64,000 bases of DNA from the IMG/VR virus record IMGVR_UViG_3300042568_000467, positions 1 through 64,000 of that record; one strand, written 5' to 3'. Position numbers and translations under genes: made by a program. Shown in pieces: positions 25,904-36,035 of the stretch. The stretch comes from a virus. How positions within the stretch are numbered: the first letter of the stretch is position 1; every line of letters begins with the position of its first letter. The notes under the pieces are model-generated. The model saw only the letters and a program-made list of their open reading frames with translations. It ran no database searches and had not been told where the DNA came from.

Positions 25904-26894
25904 TAATGTCCTCCTGTAGTTTTGTAACTACTTCTGGATTATCACGAAGATACTGAACTGCTTTTGCACGTCCCTGAAATCTTTCTCCGTTAACAGTATA
26001 CCAAGCGCCACCCTTTTCAACTACCCCACACATTTCTGCAACATCTAATGTCTCTCCAACTCCATCTATACCCAGAGTTTCCCCTTGGTAATAAAAGTCG
26101 TATTGTCCTGATAAATTAGGGGGGCCGACTTTGTTGTAATCAATAATCCAGTTAACTGGCCTGCCGACTCTTTGTTCGATAATCTTGTCGCCAACTTTAA
26201 TACCAGCTTTAATAGCATTAGCCTCAGCCTCAGACGACCATAGCTTAATGACAGTGGAAGAAAAGAACTTGACTGCCATGCCACCTGTGGGGATGTGACT
26301 AGCATGCATAGATCCAAATTGATTTCGTTGTTGTGAGATGAGAACAAGTAGTGTGTTTTTGTTTGCATAATTTAACATCTTGACTGCGTGAGTCATATCC
26401 TTTGCTTCAGCGCCAATCTGCTTAGTGTCTTGCAGATCTTTCATTTCATTGCCATCTTTTTCAAAATAAATTGCGGGAAGAAGAGCTGAAATAGAATCTA
26501 CTACAATCATATCAACTCCTGCATCCATAAGTTTCGTTGCAACATCTACCATATCGTTAACAGTTTTTGCTGGTGAATAGATTAGTTTTTCAGAATCTAC
26601 ACCTAACATCTCTGCCCATGCTGGATCATATGAGTGCTCAGCATCTATCCAAGCGCATGTCTTTCCTTCTTTTTGAGCTAACGCAATCATTTGTAGACAG
26701 AAAGAAGATTTTCCAGCAGACTTATTCCCCCAAACAAGAATCTGTCGTCCGTATGCAAGTCCGCCTTTTAATGCTAGGTTAAGACCAATACTTGGTGTAA
26801 TCTGCTTATCTACATTTACATCTACTGCTGACTGAACTCTTGCTCTTGTTTTTGGATCTAGCTTTGCCAATATATCATCTAATTCAATTTTCAT
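25890..26894 (-). CDS. recA: RecA/UvsX-like recombinase
   Basis: GNKSAGKS, WIDAEH, IVVDS, TGGMAVKFFSS, KGGAWY. Confidence 0.92.
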   Translation of the reverse strand: MKIELDDILAKLDPKTRARVQSAVDVNVDKQITPSIGLNLALKGGLAYGRQILVWGNKSAGKSSFCLQMIALAQKEGKTCAWIDAEHSYDPAWAEMLGVDSEKLIYSPAKTVNDMVDVATKLMDAGVDMIVVDSISALLPAIYFEKDGNEMKDLQDTKQIGAEAKDMTHAVKMLNYANKNTLLVLISQQRNQFGSMHASHIPTGGMAVKFFSSTVIKLWSSEAEANAIKAGIKVGDKIIEQRVGRPVNWIIDYNKVGPPNLSGQYDFYYQGETLGIDGVGETLDVAEMCGVVEKGGAWYTVNGERFQGRAKAVQYLRDNPEVVTKLQEDISAKS

Positions 26895-26947
26895 TATTTC
26901 TCTCTCTTTTACATTAGTATATCATTTAAAATAGGTTTCGTAAAGCT

Positions 26948-27649
26948 TTAAACTACTTTTAAATTAATTTTTTTAACCTGATGCTCCCCTATTTTGTTTC
27001 CAAGGTGGTCTGTTGCATTTCTGTAAAAATCTGACCAGACTCCGTTTTTTTGTCTAACTGAAACCACATCTCGATATTCATTAGAGCTAAATAAATTTGA
27101 ATACATACTAGAATCTAGGTTGCTAATCTTTACTTCTGAATGATCTAAACTAGACAAGTCTATTGGAAGTATTGCTGCAATTGGGGTTCCAGCTTTAATA
27201 GTAATTTTTTTATTAAAAGAATTAACTCTTATTCCTGGCTGAAATTCATCTTTTATAAAAGATGTACTTAAAATTACAGATACAAAGTCGCAACCATTTA
27301 TAAAAACATTTGGTGGTTGATAGACAAGTAGGCTAAAATTTTCACTAGTTCTAAGCGCTAATCCAGTTTTAAATGCCAACACACCATTTTGTCTATCTGT
27401 AGAAACATATTCCTGACCAGAAATTATTTCCATTTTCCCATATGATATATTGTCAAAGTCGTTATGTAGTATAAATGAAATATCTTTTTTAAAAGATATA
27501 CCCCAGCCAAGCTGATTTGCAAGGCTCATCGGAAAACAATGATAAGCTTGTCTACCTGGCGTTTCTTCCATCCAATCTCTATTAACTGGTAACGGAGATA
27601 TGGTAGCCGAATCGTTATGCAAGGCGTAGGCATCTATACTTATTGTCAT
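26948..27649 (-). CDS. DUF6065-like protein
   Basis: RDWM...AYHCFPMSLANQLGW...GTPIAAILP. Confidence 0.7.
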   Translation of the reverse strand: MTISIDAYALHNDSATISPLPVNRDWMEETPGRQAYHCFPMSLANQLGWGISFKKDISFILHNDFDNISYGKMEIISGQEYVSTDRQNGVLAFKTGLALRTSENFSLLVYQPPNVFINGCDFVSVILSTSFIKDEFQPGIRVNSFNKKITIKAGTPIAAILPIDLSSLDHSEVKISNLDSSMYSNLFSSNEYRDVVSVRQKNGVWSDFYRNATDHLGNKIGEHQVKKINLKVV

Positions 27650-27665
27650 TCTAGTTATACTTTAC

Positions 27666-28013
27666 CTAGAATAAGTTTCCATGAAGTCTTGGACGCTCTT
27701 TATTTATATTTATTTTAGCCTCTAAAATTTCATCTAAACTATGTGTAACCTGCTCTTCATTTCTCATTGCAGCATAAACATCTAGCAGGCGAATAATAAC
27801 ATCTGCCATTTCCTCTACAATATGTTCGCTTCCCTTAGACTTTCTAATTGCTTCTAATACTTCAGTAACTTCTGAATGTACAAGGGCAAGCTTGTTTCCA
27901 ATCTTGTCATTAGAATAATCTCCATCCCAAAACCCCTTTTCTATTGCTGTTTCATGAAGCATTGCTGCTAATGCATCAAGGCCATACTCTGTTAAAACAC
28001 TATTGCTGTTCAA
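27666..28013 (-). CDS. MazG-like nucleotide pyrophosphohydrolase
   Basis: LVHSEVTEVLEA...EEMADVIIR...KININKER. Confidence 0.85.
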   Translation of the reverse strand: MNSNSVLTEYGLDALAAMLHETAIEKGFWDGDYSNDKIGNKLALVHSEVTEVLEAIRKSKGSEHIVEEMADVIIRLLDVYAAMRNEEQVTHSLDEILEAKININKERPRLHGNLF

Positions 28014-28203
28014 CTTTATCCCTTAAACTAAAAGTAAATGATGGGCCATCCTCATCATAATCAATAACCAACTCTTTATCAGTTTGTGCTGCATCTAGAA
28101 ACTTTAAAGTAGGCACTGTAATTTTGCCATGCTCCTCTAGTATCGCTACAAGGATCTGATTGATACTGATGGACTGTATGAGACCATCTACACCCTCTGT
28201 CAC
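28000..28203 (-). CDS. hypothetical protein
   Basis: 67-aa coupled ORF. Confidence 0.65.
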   Translation of the reverse strand: MTEGVDGLIQSISINQILVAILEEHGKITVPTLKFLDAAQTDKELVIDYDEDGPSFTFSLRDKVEQQ

Positions 28204-31200
28204 TTTATCTCCTTAATCATTAATGTCCCATCGTCTAACTTTGACAAAACAACCTGACACTTCATTCCCTCACGCATTTTTGCTAAGGCAATCTTATACA
28301 TACTAGAAAATACAATAGCTCTAGTTAAATTTTTATCTTTATCTGACATCACAATGTGCGCCATTGTTTTACCAGCTTTTGTTTTATATGGCGTAAAGTC
28401 TACCACAATGTATTCGTTATCAGCAAGATCATATTCTTTTCTGTATAAGAAATCTACAAATGAATCTTTAGATTCTGGATTAATATCCTGAACCTTTACA
28501 TAACGTGCAATTCTATTGTCTCCAACCAAAATAAAATACATTTGATTTGTTTCAATTGGTGTCTGCTCATTATGGAACAAACCGATTGATCCTGTTTCAT
28601 CAACAAGTTCGATTCTAGCCCATCCAGTTCCACGTTTAATTGATTTAGCCATTCCAAACATTACAAAGGAGCCTAGGTCATCAAACTCAGAAATTGGTCT
28701 AGCCTGTGTTTTAATTCTAGGTGGTAGGTCTAAGCTAAATGTTGGAATTCCTAAATACTCATAGTAATTATTTTTTTCGTTTCCAGATCTAGGGTTATCC
28801 TCAAATGCGGCAGCACCAATTGCATTTAGAGCAGAGACTGCACGGCTATTGATTCCACTTCCCTTCTTAGAAGCCTTTTCAATAAACTCTGAGTAAGAAG
28901 CAAAAGGTCTTTGATCAATAATCTTATTCGCAATACTATCTGAAATAAATTTAACCTCACCTAGTCCGAATCTAATTGAATCACCTTTTAACGAAAAGAA
29001 AACATCAGATTCATTAATATGAGGAAGCTTAATGCTAAGCTTCAATCTTTTTGCCTCAATTAAATATTCTGTTCTGGCATCTTTGTCGCTTTCGTTTTTA
29101 AGAATCGAGAACATGAATTCCAGCGGGTAATAAGTTTTGAGCCAAGCAGTAAAATAAGAAAGCATAGAGTAAGCAACAGCGTGGGAACGATTGAACGAAT
29201 ACCCAGCATGAGCTTCAAATGTGTGCCAGAGAGTCTCTGCTTGTTTTTTAGAAATATGTTTTGAAGCACCCTCAATAAATCTATCTTTAAACTGATCAAA
29301 TTCTTTTGCATCCTTTTTCTTTCCAATAATTTTACGAACTTTGTCAGCTTCGGACCAAGTCATACCGCCTAGGTGTACACATGCCTGCATAACCTGTTCT
29401 TGATAAATAATAACTCCGTAAGTATTTTCGGTAAAAGGTTTCATAATAGGGTGAATAAATTGCACTGCTTCATCTCCATGCTTACGCTTAATGTAAGAAG
29501 CACCTACAGTATTCATTGCTCCTGGACGAACTAATGCGTTAGATGCAGCAAGGTCTTCAAATTTATCAACACCCATCTTTATGAGTAAGTTAGTGTATGG
29601 GGTTGCTTCAGCTTGGAATACACCTTTTGTATACCCTTCGCTAAGTGTTTTATAAACTGCTTTATCGTCTAGCGGAAGTTCTGAAAGATTAATTGCTTTA
29701 CCAGTTCTATCTTTAATAGACTGAAGAGTATCTGAAATAACAGATAAAGTTTTTAATCCGAGTGCATCTAGTTTGATTAGGCCAATGTCTGCTACTGTAT
29801 CCATATCGTAGGCTACTACTGGGATTCGCCCAGAAACTTTATCTTGTGCGTCTTCACGAGACTCAACTGGAGCATACTTACGAATATCATCTTTAGCAAC
29901 TACAACTCCAGCAGCATGCACACCAACAGATCTAATCTTTCCACGCAATCTTTCGGCAAGCCATAGGACTTCTGGATACTTCATTCTAAATTCTTTTGTA
30001 TTAGGGGAGTCCATGAAGTCTTCAAATGTATCGATAGACTTCATTGCACGGTTAACGTCTGAAAGCGGGACCATAAATACACGAGCAGCATCTCTAATAA
30101 CACCCTTATCCTTAAAATAAGTGTATGTAGAAATAGATGCAACGTGCTTAAACTTCTTCTTAAGATATTCCTTTACTTCTTTACGACGGCGGTCTTCAAA
30201 GTCTGTATCGATATCTGGAAAGTCATTACGCTCTGGATTAATAAATCGGAAGAATAGCAGGTCATATTTAATTGGATCAACATCTGTAATGCCTAGGGAA
30301 TAGCAGACGAGAGAGCCAGCGGCAGAGCCACGGCCAGGACCAACCATAATATTATTTGTCTTTGCCCAGTTAATCATATCTGCCACAACCAAGAAATATG
30401 AGGCAAAACTCTTAGACTTAATAATGTCTAGTTCCTCATTGAGCCTGTCAATGTAGACCGCATCCTTGTCCAGGTTTAGCCTTTTAAGGCCTTCAGAGGC
30501 CATCTGAGCCAGCTTATCGTCCGCATCTGTCTTAGGGACAGGGAGAAGGTCTAATCCGCTGTTAAAATCGTATTCTCCAATTTTGTCAGCAATCTCCATA
30601 GTATTATCAAAAATGTCTGTTCGATTAATCCCTGATTTCTTGAAGTCTGATTCAATTTCTTCTCTGGTCTGAATAAATAAATTATAGTCTACAAATGATA
30701 TTTTTCTATCTGGATAAAGATAGTTAAATCTATCTAACATATCCTTCATTTGGCGAGACATATCAAAGTCTGCTTCTTTATCTGATTTAGGGGATGTAGA
30801 TAGAATAAGCATAGCCTCTTCTAATATACGATCTTCTTCTTTAGCAAAGTGGGCATCTCCTGTCGCCACCGCTTTAATTTTAAGTTCGTCTGCTAAAGAC
30901 AATAGGCCTTCATTTATTTCTTTCGGATTGTGAGATTGAACCTCAATATAAAAATCATCGCCGAAATTTTTCTTAAAATCTTTGAGAATAAGTTTAGCTT
31001 CAGAAAACTCATTCTTCTCGATGCACTTAGAAATGAGGCCATTAAGACATCCAGACAATACAATAATACCTTCCGAATATTCATTGAGTATCTCCCTATC
31101 AATACGTGGCTTATGATAAAAGCCTTCGTTCCATGCAAGCTCTTGCAGAATATTAATATTCTCAAGACCCTTTTTATTCTTAGCCAATAAAATAATATGA

Positions 31201-31466
31201 TTGTAAGCCTGAATAGACTTATCTGTTTTGGAGGAACGGTCAAATCTATCTGTAGGAGATATATACGCTTCTACTCCAAGAATTGGCTTTATGCCCAACT
31301 CTTTTGCAGCAATCTGCATTTCACGATGTGATGACAAGGTTCCATGATCTGTAATTGCAATTGTTGTTTGCCCTGCATCTATGGCAGCCTGACATAGTTC
31401 TTTGGGTGAATTGAGTCCATCCATTAATGAGTAGTATGAATGAACATGTAGATGTGTAAAACTCAT
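28200..31466 (-). CDS. dnaE: DNA polymerase III alpha subunit (C family)
   Basis: PHP HLHVHS..S..DG, TDHG, GRGSAAGS, PDIDTDF, HAAGVV, YSFNRSHA; no intein. Confidence 0.97.
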   Translation of the reverse strand: MSFTHLHVHSYYSLMDGLNSPKELCQAAIDAGQTTIAITDHGTLSSHREMQIAAKELGIKPILGVEAYISPTDRFDRSSKTDKSIQAYNHIILLAKNKKGLENINILQELAWNEGFYHKPRIDREILNEYSEGIIVLSGCLNGLISKCIEKNEFSEAKLILKDFKKNFGDDFYIEVQSHNPKEINEGLLSLADELKIKAVATGDAHFAKEEDRILEEAMLILSTSPKSDKEADFDMSRQMKDMLDRFNYLYPDRKISFVDYNLFIQTREEIESDFKKSGINRTDIFDNTMEIADKIGEYDFNSGLDLLPVPKTDADDKLAQMASEGLKRLNLDKDAVYIDRLNEELDIIKSKSFASYFLVVADMINWAKTNNIMVGPGRGSAAGSLVCYSLGITDVDPIKYDLLFFRFINPERNDFPDIDTDFEDRRRKEVKEYLKKKFKHVASISTYTYFKDKGVIRDAARVFMVPLSDVNRAMKSIDTFEDFMDSPNTKEFRMKYPEVLWLAERLRGKIRSVGVHAAGVVVAKDDIRKYAPVESREDAQDKVSGRIPVVAYDMDTVADIGLIKLDALGLKTLSVISDTLQSIKDRTGKAINLSELPLDDKAVYKTLSEGYTKGVFQAEATPYTNLLIKMGVDKFEDLAASNALVRPGAMNTVGASYIKRKHGDEAVQFIHPIMKPFTENTYGVIIYQEQVMQACVHLGGMTWSEADKVRKIIGKKKDAKEFDQFKDRFIEGASKHISKKQAETLWHTFEAHAGYSFNRSHAVAYSMLSYFTAWLKTYYPLEFMFSILKNESDKDARTEYLIEAKRLKLSIKLPHINESDVFFSLKGDSIRFGLGEVKFISDSIANKIIDQRPFASYSEFIEKASKKGSGINSRAVSALNAIGAAAFEDNPRSGNEKNNYYEYLGIPTFSLDLPPRIKTQARPISEFDDLGSFVMFGMAKSIKRGTGWARIELVDETGSIGLFHNEQTPIETNQMYFILVGDNRIARYVKVQDINPESKDSFVDFLYRKEYDLADNEYIVVDFTPYKTKAGKTMAHIVMSDKDKNLTRAIVFSSMYKIALAKMREGMKCQVVLSKLDDGTLMIKEIK

Positions 31467-31672
31467 TAGTATCCGCCCAAGCATTCATTTCTTGTATGAT
31501 AAAGTCTAATCTTAGTCATAGTCTTTCTATTTGGAGCATATAGTTCTTCTCCGCAGCAAGCCGCCTTTAAATACCACTCTCTTGCAAAAAAATCATACAC
31601 CATGCCACTAGCATTTTTATATTTGTTTGCCACAAAAGTAGCAAATGGGTCTGGGATTTCGTATGAGATCAT
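31466..31672 (-). CDS. hypothetical protein (leaderless, first gene of the dnaE operon)
   Basis: 68-aa ORF; TAGAAT-N6-ATG. Confidence 0.7.
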   Translation of the reverse strand: MISYEIPDPFATFVANKYKNASGMVYDFFAREWYLKAACCGEELYAPNRKTMTKIRLYHTRNECLGGY

Positions 31673-31678
31673 GTTGTT

Positions 31679-31722
31679 ATTCTAACAAATAATGCAGGGC
31701 CAGTCAATAGACCAGCCCTGCA
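31679..31722 (-). terminator. terminator hairpin overlapping the -35 of the next promoter
   Basis: TGCAGGGCTGGTC-TATT-GACTGGCCCTGCA then TTATTT; TTGACT-N17-TAGAAT. Confidence 0.75.
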
Positions 31723-31732
31723 ACTATTTATT

Positions 31733-32404
31733 TTACCAGTCTACGCTACTAGATGAAGCTGATGGCTCTTCGTTATTGCCACCTTCGCCCATATAAAAAG
31801 CTTCTTGCTCTGCATATGTTACGTGACGAACTGCTGTTTTTTCTAGGTCATACAACTCTAGGGCAGAGAAATCAAATGGTGCTTCGTCCTTTGCCAGCGG
31901 AATAATTGTATAACTTGTATCTGTTTTTGAACCATTACGCTTAATTCGCCACATAAGGTTGGTGATGCTTCCCATCTCACCAGCGTATTCAATTAGGGTA
32001 GGTGTAATTGTCTTACCGCTTGTACCTTGTGAAAGAATTGCTACATATGGCTCTTCTTTGCCATCGTCTACTAGGACATTAATGTATAGGCGTGTTCTGG
32101 CTTTCCAGCCAGCCTTTGGATCCTTGCGATGTTGTTCGTTTGCCCAGTCACGTCCTTCTGACTCCATTGTATCTAGAGCCTTGCGACGATAATCCTTTGG
32201 GTTAGTGTGCTCTAATGCGATAAATCCGCAACCAAGCTTGTCATTATATGTTGGTGAATCTGGATCAAGTTCCTGGAGGAATCTAATCTTTACGCTTTCG
32301 CCGTCTTCAATCTTTAGCCAACGACCTTTGTTTTCATCCCCACCGCTGTAGGTAGGCTTATCTAGTGCCTTGTTGAGGTCTTTTAGACCCTTTACTATAC
32401 TCAT
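31733..32404 (-). CDS. single-stranded DNA-binding protein (gp32-like)
   Basis: GESVKIRFL, IKRNG.K.DT.Y, acidic tail ending in DW; lies between primase and polymerase; strong RBS. Confidence 0.7.
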   Translation of the reverse strand: MSIVKGLKDLNKALDKPTYSGGDENKGRWLKIEDGESVKIRFLQELDPDSPTYNDKLGCGFIALEHTNPKDYRRKALDTMESEGRDWANEQHRKDPKAGWKARTRLYINVLVDDGKEEPYVAILSQGTSGKTITPTLIEYAGEMGSITNLMWRIKRNGSKTDTSYTIIPLAKDEAPFDFSALELYDLEKTAVRHVTYAEQEAFYMGEGGNNEEPSASSSSVDW

Positions 32405-32455
32405 ATATTTCTCCTTTATAGTTGATGGTATATATCCATCTGTATTTTTATTATA

Positions 32456-33454
32456 TCACGAGTTCCAAGATCTGTATTCAATGTCGGATACAGAATTTTT
32501 AATGCAGGTCTTTATTTCCTCATCGGTCATGTCGCCAGCATCTTTTGCATCATGAGGATATATCTTACCATATTCAAACGAAGCCCACAAGAGGTCTTTG
32601 AATTTTAATTTATTAACTATACTTCTGCCTAATTCTCTGCCAGCCTGATCTGCATCAGTCATAATAGTTATTTTATTGAAATGTCTATTTAATAAATTTT
32701 GTTGTTCGGTAGACAAAAATCCACCTAGGGTTGCAACGACATTTGGGAATCCAGCTTGATGAACACGAATTGCATCAAAGCTAGACTCTACAACTATGAC
32801 ATGGGCCCCTACTTTTTTGGCACGGTGAATGTTAAAAAGCGTTTTGCTCTTTGGAAGATTTGTGCTATTCTTAAAAGATTTTCCTTCAACAGATCTTCCA
32901 ACAATGCCAATTGGCATTCCGTCTGGGCTATGAACTGGAACAGTTACCATATCCATGTTTTCAGAATATCCTAAAGAAAAATCTGTTACTGCCTGTATTT
33001 CAATACCACGAGACTTAAAGTATATCTTTGCTTTATCGCTGTTAATTAATCCATTATGTAATTTATCTAAAGTATCTTGAGAGAACTCTTCAAAGACAGG
33101 CTTTTCATTCATTGCTTCTGACAATAAGTCGTCAAAATTTTCTAACGACTCAGTTTCTTTTGTCGCAATAAACCTCATTGCCTCAAAGTCATTTTTGTGC
33201 ATGACACGCTTTACTAATTCCTGTAGAGTTCCAGCTTCACCGCATGAAGGATTAAAGCATATGAATGCACCCTTTTCACGACTTACGCTAAAGCTTGACG
33301 TGTGTCTATTAGAATGAAATGGGCAGTAGCATAGAAAGTCATTACCAGTCTCACCAACAATTTCAAGTCCTATTGATTTTAGGATTGACTTGATATGGTT
33401 TGGCGTGTAGTGCGTGGTATCGACTTCCCTTGTGTTATACCCTCTAATTGCCAT
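32456..33454 (-). CDS. dnaG: DNA primase
   Basis: CPFH...C...C zinc finger, VVESSFD, TOPRIM DADQAG, KDAGD. Confidence 0.92.
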   Translation of the reverse strand: MAIRGYNTREVDTTHYTPNHIKSILKSIGLEIVGETGNDFLCYCPFHSNRHTSSFSVSREKGAFICFNPSCGEAGTLQELVKRVMHKNDFEAMRFIATKETESLENFDDLLSEAMNEKPVFEEFSQDTLDKLHNGLINSDKAKIYFKSRGIEIQAVTDFSLGYSENMDMVTVPVHSPDGMPIGIVGRSVEGKSFKNSTNLPKSKTLFNIHRAKKVGAHVIVVESSFDAIRVHQAGFPNVVATLGGFLSTEQQNLLNRHFNKITIMTDADQAGRELGRSIVNKLKFKDLLWASFEYGKIYPHDAKDAGDMTDEEIKTCIKNSVSDIEYRSWNS

Positions 33455-33681
33455 GCCTTCTTCTTTCCCACATAAACACCATGAATGCTCATTAAGAACT
33501 TCCATGTCTCGCCAGTAAATTCTACCGAAAATGCTGGGTCTATGTCAAGTACTCTGACATATCCCTTACCCCTCATATCTTGAATTAACAAGTTTTCATA
33601 TTGAGGTCTCAAGCTAATGAGTTGTGAGTTGTCATGAAACTCAACATCTATTTGAAATCTTTTAATTTTTCGATGGGTCAT
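33379..33681 (-). CDS. hypothetical protein
   Basis: ORF between helicase and primase, overlapping both. Confidence 0.65.
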   Translation of the reverse strand: MTHRKIKRFQIDVEFHDNSQLISLRPQYENLLIQDMRGKGYVRVLDIDPAFSVEFTGETWKFLMSIHGVYVGKKKAWQLEGITQGKSIPRTTRQTISSQS

Positions 33682-34906
33682 TCGCAAAAGGATTTTCATA
33701 AATCTCTTTGATGATACCCCTGTTGATATCCCAATCTAAGAATACATTAAAGTCTTGACCATGACGGTTCTTTCGGCTGACAACTTCAATCATATTAGTA
33801 TCTGTATATTTATGGATAGCAATAGCCATATCAGCATCATACTCAATAGCCTTTGACCATGCTACCTGAGACAGCATAGGCGGGGCATCTTGATCTGTAA
33901 TGTCATCCATAGTTGCTGCAGTGATATCAATAACTGGAATGTTGTTTGTCATAGCAAGCATCTTAAACTCACGAGACACATTCATGTTGCGCTCTGTTGC
34001 ACCAGTACTTCTCTTGTTATCTGAGAATAGCTGGTGATAATCTAAAATAACTAGATCTGGTTTATGTTGGTCAATTTTAGCCTGAACAGTATTTGCATTT
34101 ACTTCCCCCATACCTTCATTAGATACAAGAATAAAACCGTTCTTGTTTTCAAATCTTTTCTGACCCCAAGATCTAAATGTATCAACATTCACATCACCCC
34201 TTGCAAAATCTGATGCACGGAATAATCCAGAACCCATCATTGTGTAAATACGATCACGCATATTTTCTGGAGACATTTCAAGAGATACAATCATAGGCTT
34301 GAATCCTTGCTCCCAAGCCTTGCAAGCAAGATATGATGTGAACCATGTCTTACCACGCCCTGGCCAACCAATAGCAACAATGAGGTGTCCTGGAGCCATT
34401 CCAGTAGGGTATGCCTTATCAATTGCATCAAAGCCTGTTAAAATTCCTGGAGCCCCGCCCATAATTGTTGAACGTTCTTTAACCGCCAAGAAATGCTTTT
34501 CTGCCAAATCAATATCTGTAACATCTACGTCACGAACATGATTTGTAAATTTAGACAATTGTGAAAGCTTAGCCTGTAAATCTCCAAGTACTCTGGATGC
34601 AGCATCTTCTTTTAGAGCAGACCCGCTTTGAAGAATAATATTCTTTAATCTACTAGTTAGGTATTCATTCTTTAACTTATCTAAATAGTATCCAGTCTCA
34701 GCTTTTGTTTCAACTGGCTCGAAGTCTTTGAATCGCTCCATGAGGATTCCAGCTTCTGGTACTGCTTTAAACTTATAGTAATATGCTTTTAGCGAATCCC
34801 AGATATCCTTATGTGATGTAAAAATCTCATCTACATTATCTGCCAGTAGTGTGCTTATATCTTTATTCTTACATACTGCTGATAGCAACTCTGCTTCTGT
34901 ATTCAT
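33662..34906 (-). CDS. dnaB: replicative DNA helicase
   Basis: GWPGRGKT, SLEM, ILDY, IEYDAD, KNRHG. Confidence 0.93.
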   Translation of the reverse strand: MNTEAELLSAVCKNKDISTLLADNVDEIFTSHKDIWDSLKAYYYKFKAVPEAGILMERFKDFEPVETKAETGYYLDKLKNEYLTSRLKNIILQSGSALKEDAASRVLGDLQAKLSQLSKFTNHVRDVDVTDIDLAEKHFLAVKERSTIMGGAPGILTGFDAIDKAYPTGMAPGHLIVAIGWPGRGKTWFTSYLACKAWEQGFKPMIVSLEMSPENMRDRIYTMMGSGLFRASDFARGDVNVDTFRSWGQKRFENKNGFILVSNEGMGEVNANTVQAKIDQHKPDLVILDYHQLFSDNKRSTGATERNMNVSREFKMLAMTNNIPVIDITAATMDDITDQDAPPMLSQVAWSKAIEYDADMAIAIHKYTDTNMIEVVSRKNRHGQDFNVFLDWDINRGIIKEIYENPFANDPSKN

Positions 34907-35223
34907 TCGCTTCCGCCCTCTACTAATTCTTTCGTTGCCTGTAATAGCAATCGACGATGCTTTTCATCCTTCTCACGCTCTGACTTTAAGTAATCAATCT
35001 TATCAAAGTTGTAGAAAAAGAAACTAAGTGGGTGCCCAGACTTGTTAGTTTTAAAATAGTATACCAAAAGATCTCTGGCTCTATCAAATCCTACGCTATC
35101 TATTACATCCTGCATAGCCCACTTCTCACGAAACTTATTTAGCCGTGGTTTTCTGCCATACTTTTCTAAGTAAAGAGACTCGTATAAACCAATCAACACA
35201 TATGGTTGTTTCTCATTTGGCAC
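34903..35223 (-). CDS. hypothetical protein (possible helicase loader/initiator)
   Basis: 106-aa ORF directly upstream of dnaB; function inferred from position only. Confidence 0.6.
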   Translation of the reverse strand: MPNEKQPYVLIGLYESLYLEKYGRKPRLNKFREKWAMQDVIDSVGFDRARDLLVYYFKTNKSGHPLSFFFYNFDKIDYLKSEREKDEKHRRLLLQATKELVEGGSE

Positions 35224-35419
35224 GTTTTAGCTCTTCTTCTACTTCACGAGTCTTTTCGATAAGCTTGTTTTCGACAAAAGCATAGACTCTTTCTGTAGCA
35301 GTATCTACGTTCTCTCCACTACGAACATTATCTTCTATGCCTATACCAATTTTAATGCTCTCGTAGTTTCCTAGATTGCGTGTGAACGATAGGTCCACCT
35401 TTACTCTTGTCTCTGACAT
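35213..35419 (-). CDS. hypothetical protein
   Basis: TRNLGNYES motif. Confidence 0.7.
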   Translation of the reverse strand: MSETRVKVDLSFTRNLGNYESIKIGIGIEDNVRSGENVDTATERVYAFVENKLIEKTREVEEELKRAK

Positions 35420-35901
35420 TACTCCGCCTTCCATACAGGTACAAATTTTCCGTCTTCTGTCTTAGTATACAATATTAAATTGTGTTTGAGAATAGCCTGC
35501 AATTCTGATCTTGAAGGTAAATCTCTAATATGTCCAGCATCAATAATAAATTGATGTATGTCCAGAATGTCTGATTCACTTAACATATATTTAGACCAGG
35601 TGCTTTCTGGATTACTAATTGGATATACTTTTTGGGGCTGTTTAATTTTACCCTGCAAAATATACTCCTCTATAGTTACCCTGTGCCTGCCTAAAATTTT
35701 GCCTGCCTCTACTACTGTATACGCCCTCTCCATACTTTTATCTACCTGAGCATAAGAATACATAACTCTTTTTTTATCTACATAGGACCAAGCAACGACT
35801 TCGTCTTTAGCTCTTGATAGCCTTAGTACTTTATGTACTTTACCATTTAAGAAGAAATAGACGAATTTTTTGCGTAATCTCTGTCGGTTTTCTCTAGCCA
35901 T
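35419..35901 (-). CDS. HTH DNA-binding protein
   Basis: YTVVEAGKILGRHRVTIEEYILQGKI (excisionase/MerR-type HTH). Confidence 0.65.
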   Translation of the reverse strand: MARENRQRLRKKFVYFFLNGKVHKVLRLSRAKDEVVAWSYVDKKRVMYSYAQVDKSMERAYTVVEAGKILGRHRVTIEEYILQGKIKQPQKVYPISNPESTWSKYMLSESDILDIHQFIIDAGHIRDLPSRSELQAILKHNLILYTKTEDGKFVPVWKAE

Positions 35902-36035
35902 TTACCAAATGCACTTGTTTCTTTGTTAATCATCCATCGCTTACCGCAAAGAATGCAGAATAGTTCTGTGTGTAGTTTTTGAGAAAATACTCTATCTACA
36001 AATACTCTACCGCTACATTTCTGACATTTCATCAT
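35847..36035 (-). CDS. Zn-ribbon protein
   Basis: MMKCQKCSGR...CILCG. Confidence 0.7.
   Translation of the reverse strand: MMKCQKCSGRVFVDRVFSQKLHTELFCILCGKRWMINKETSAFGKWLEKTDRDYAKNSSISS

Noticed and set aside
19105-34906. Inteins or introns in TerL, RecA, DnaE, DnaB
   Set aside because: Lengths are normal and motifs contiguous; no intein termini or homing endonuclease seen
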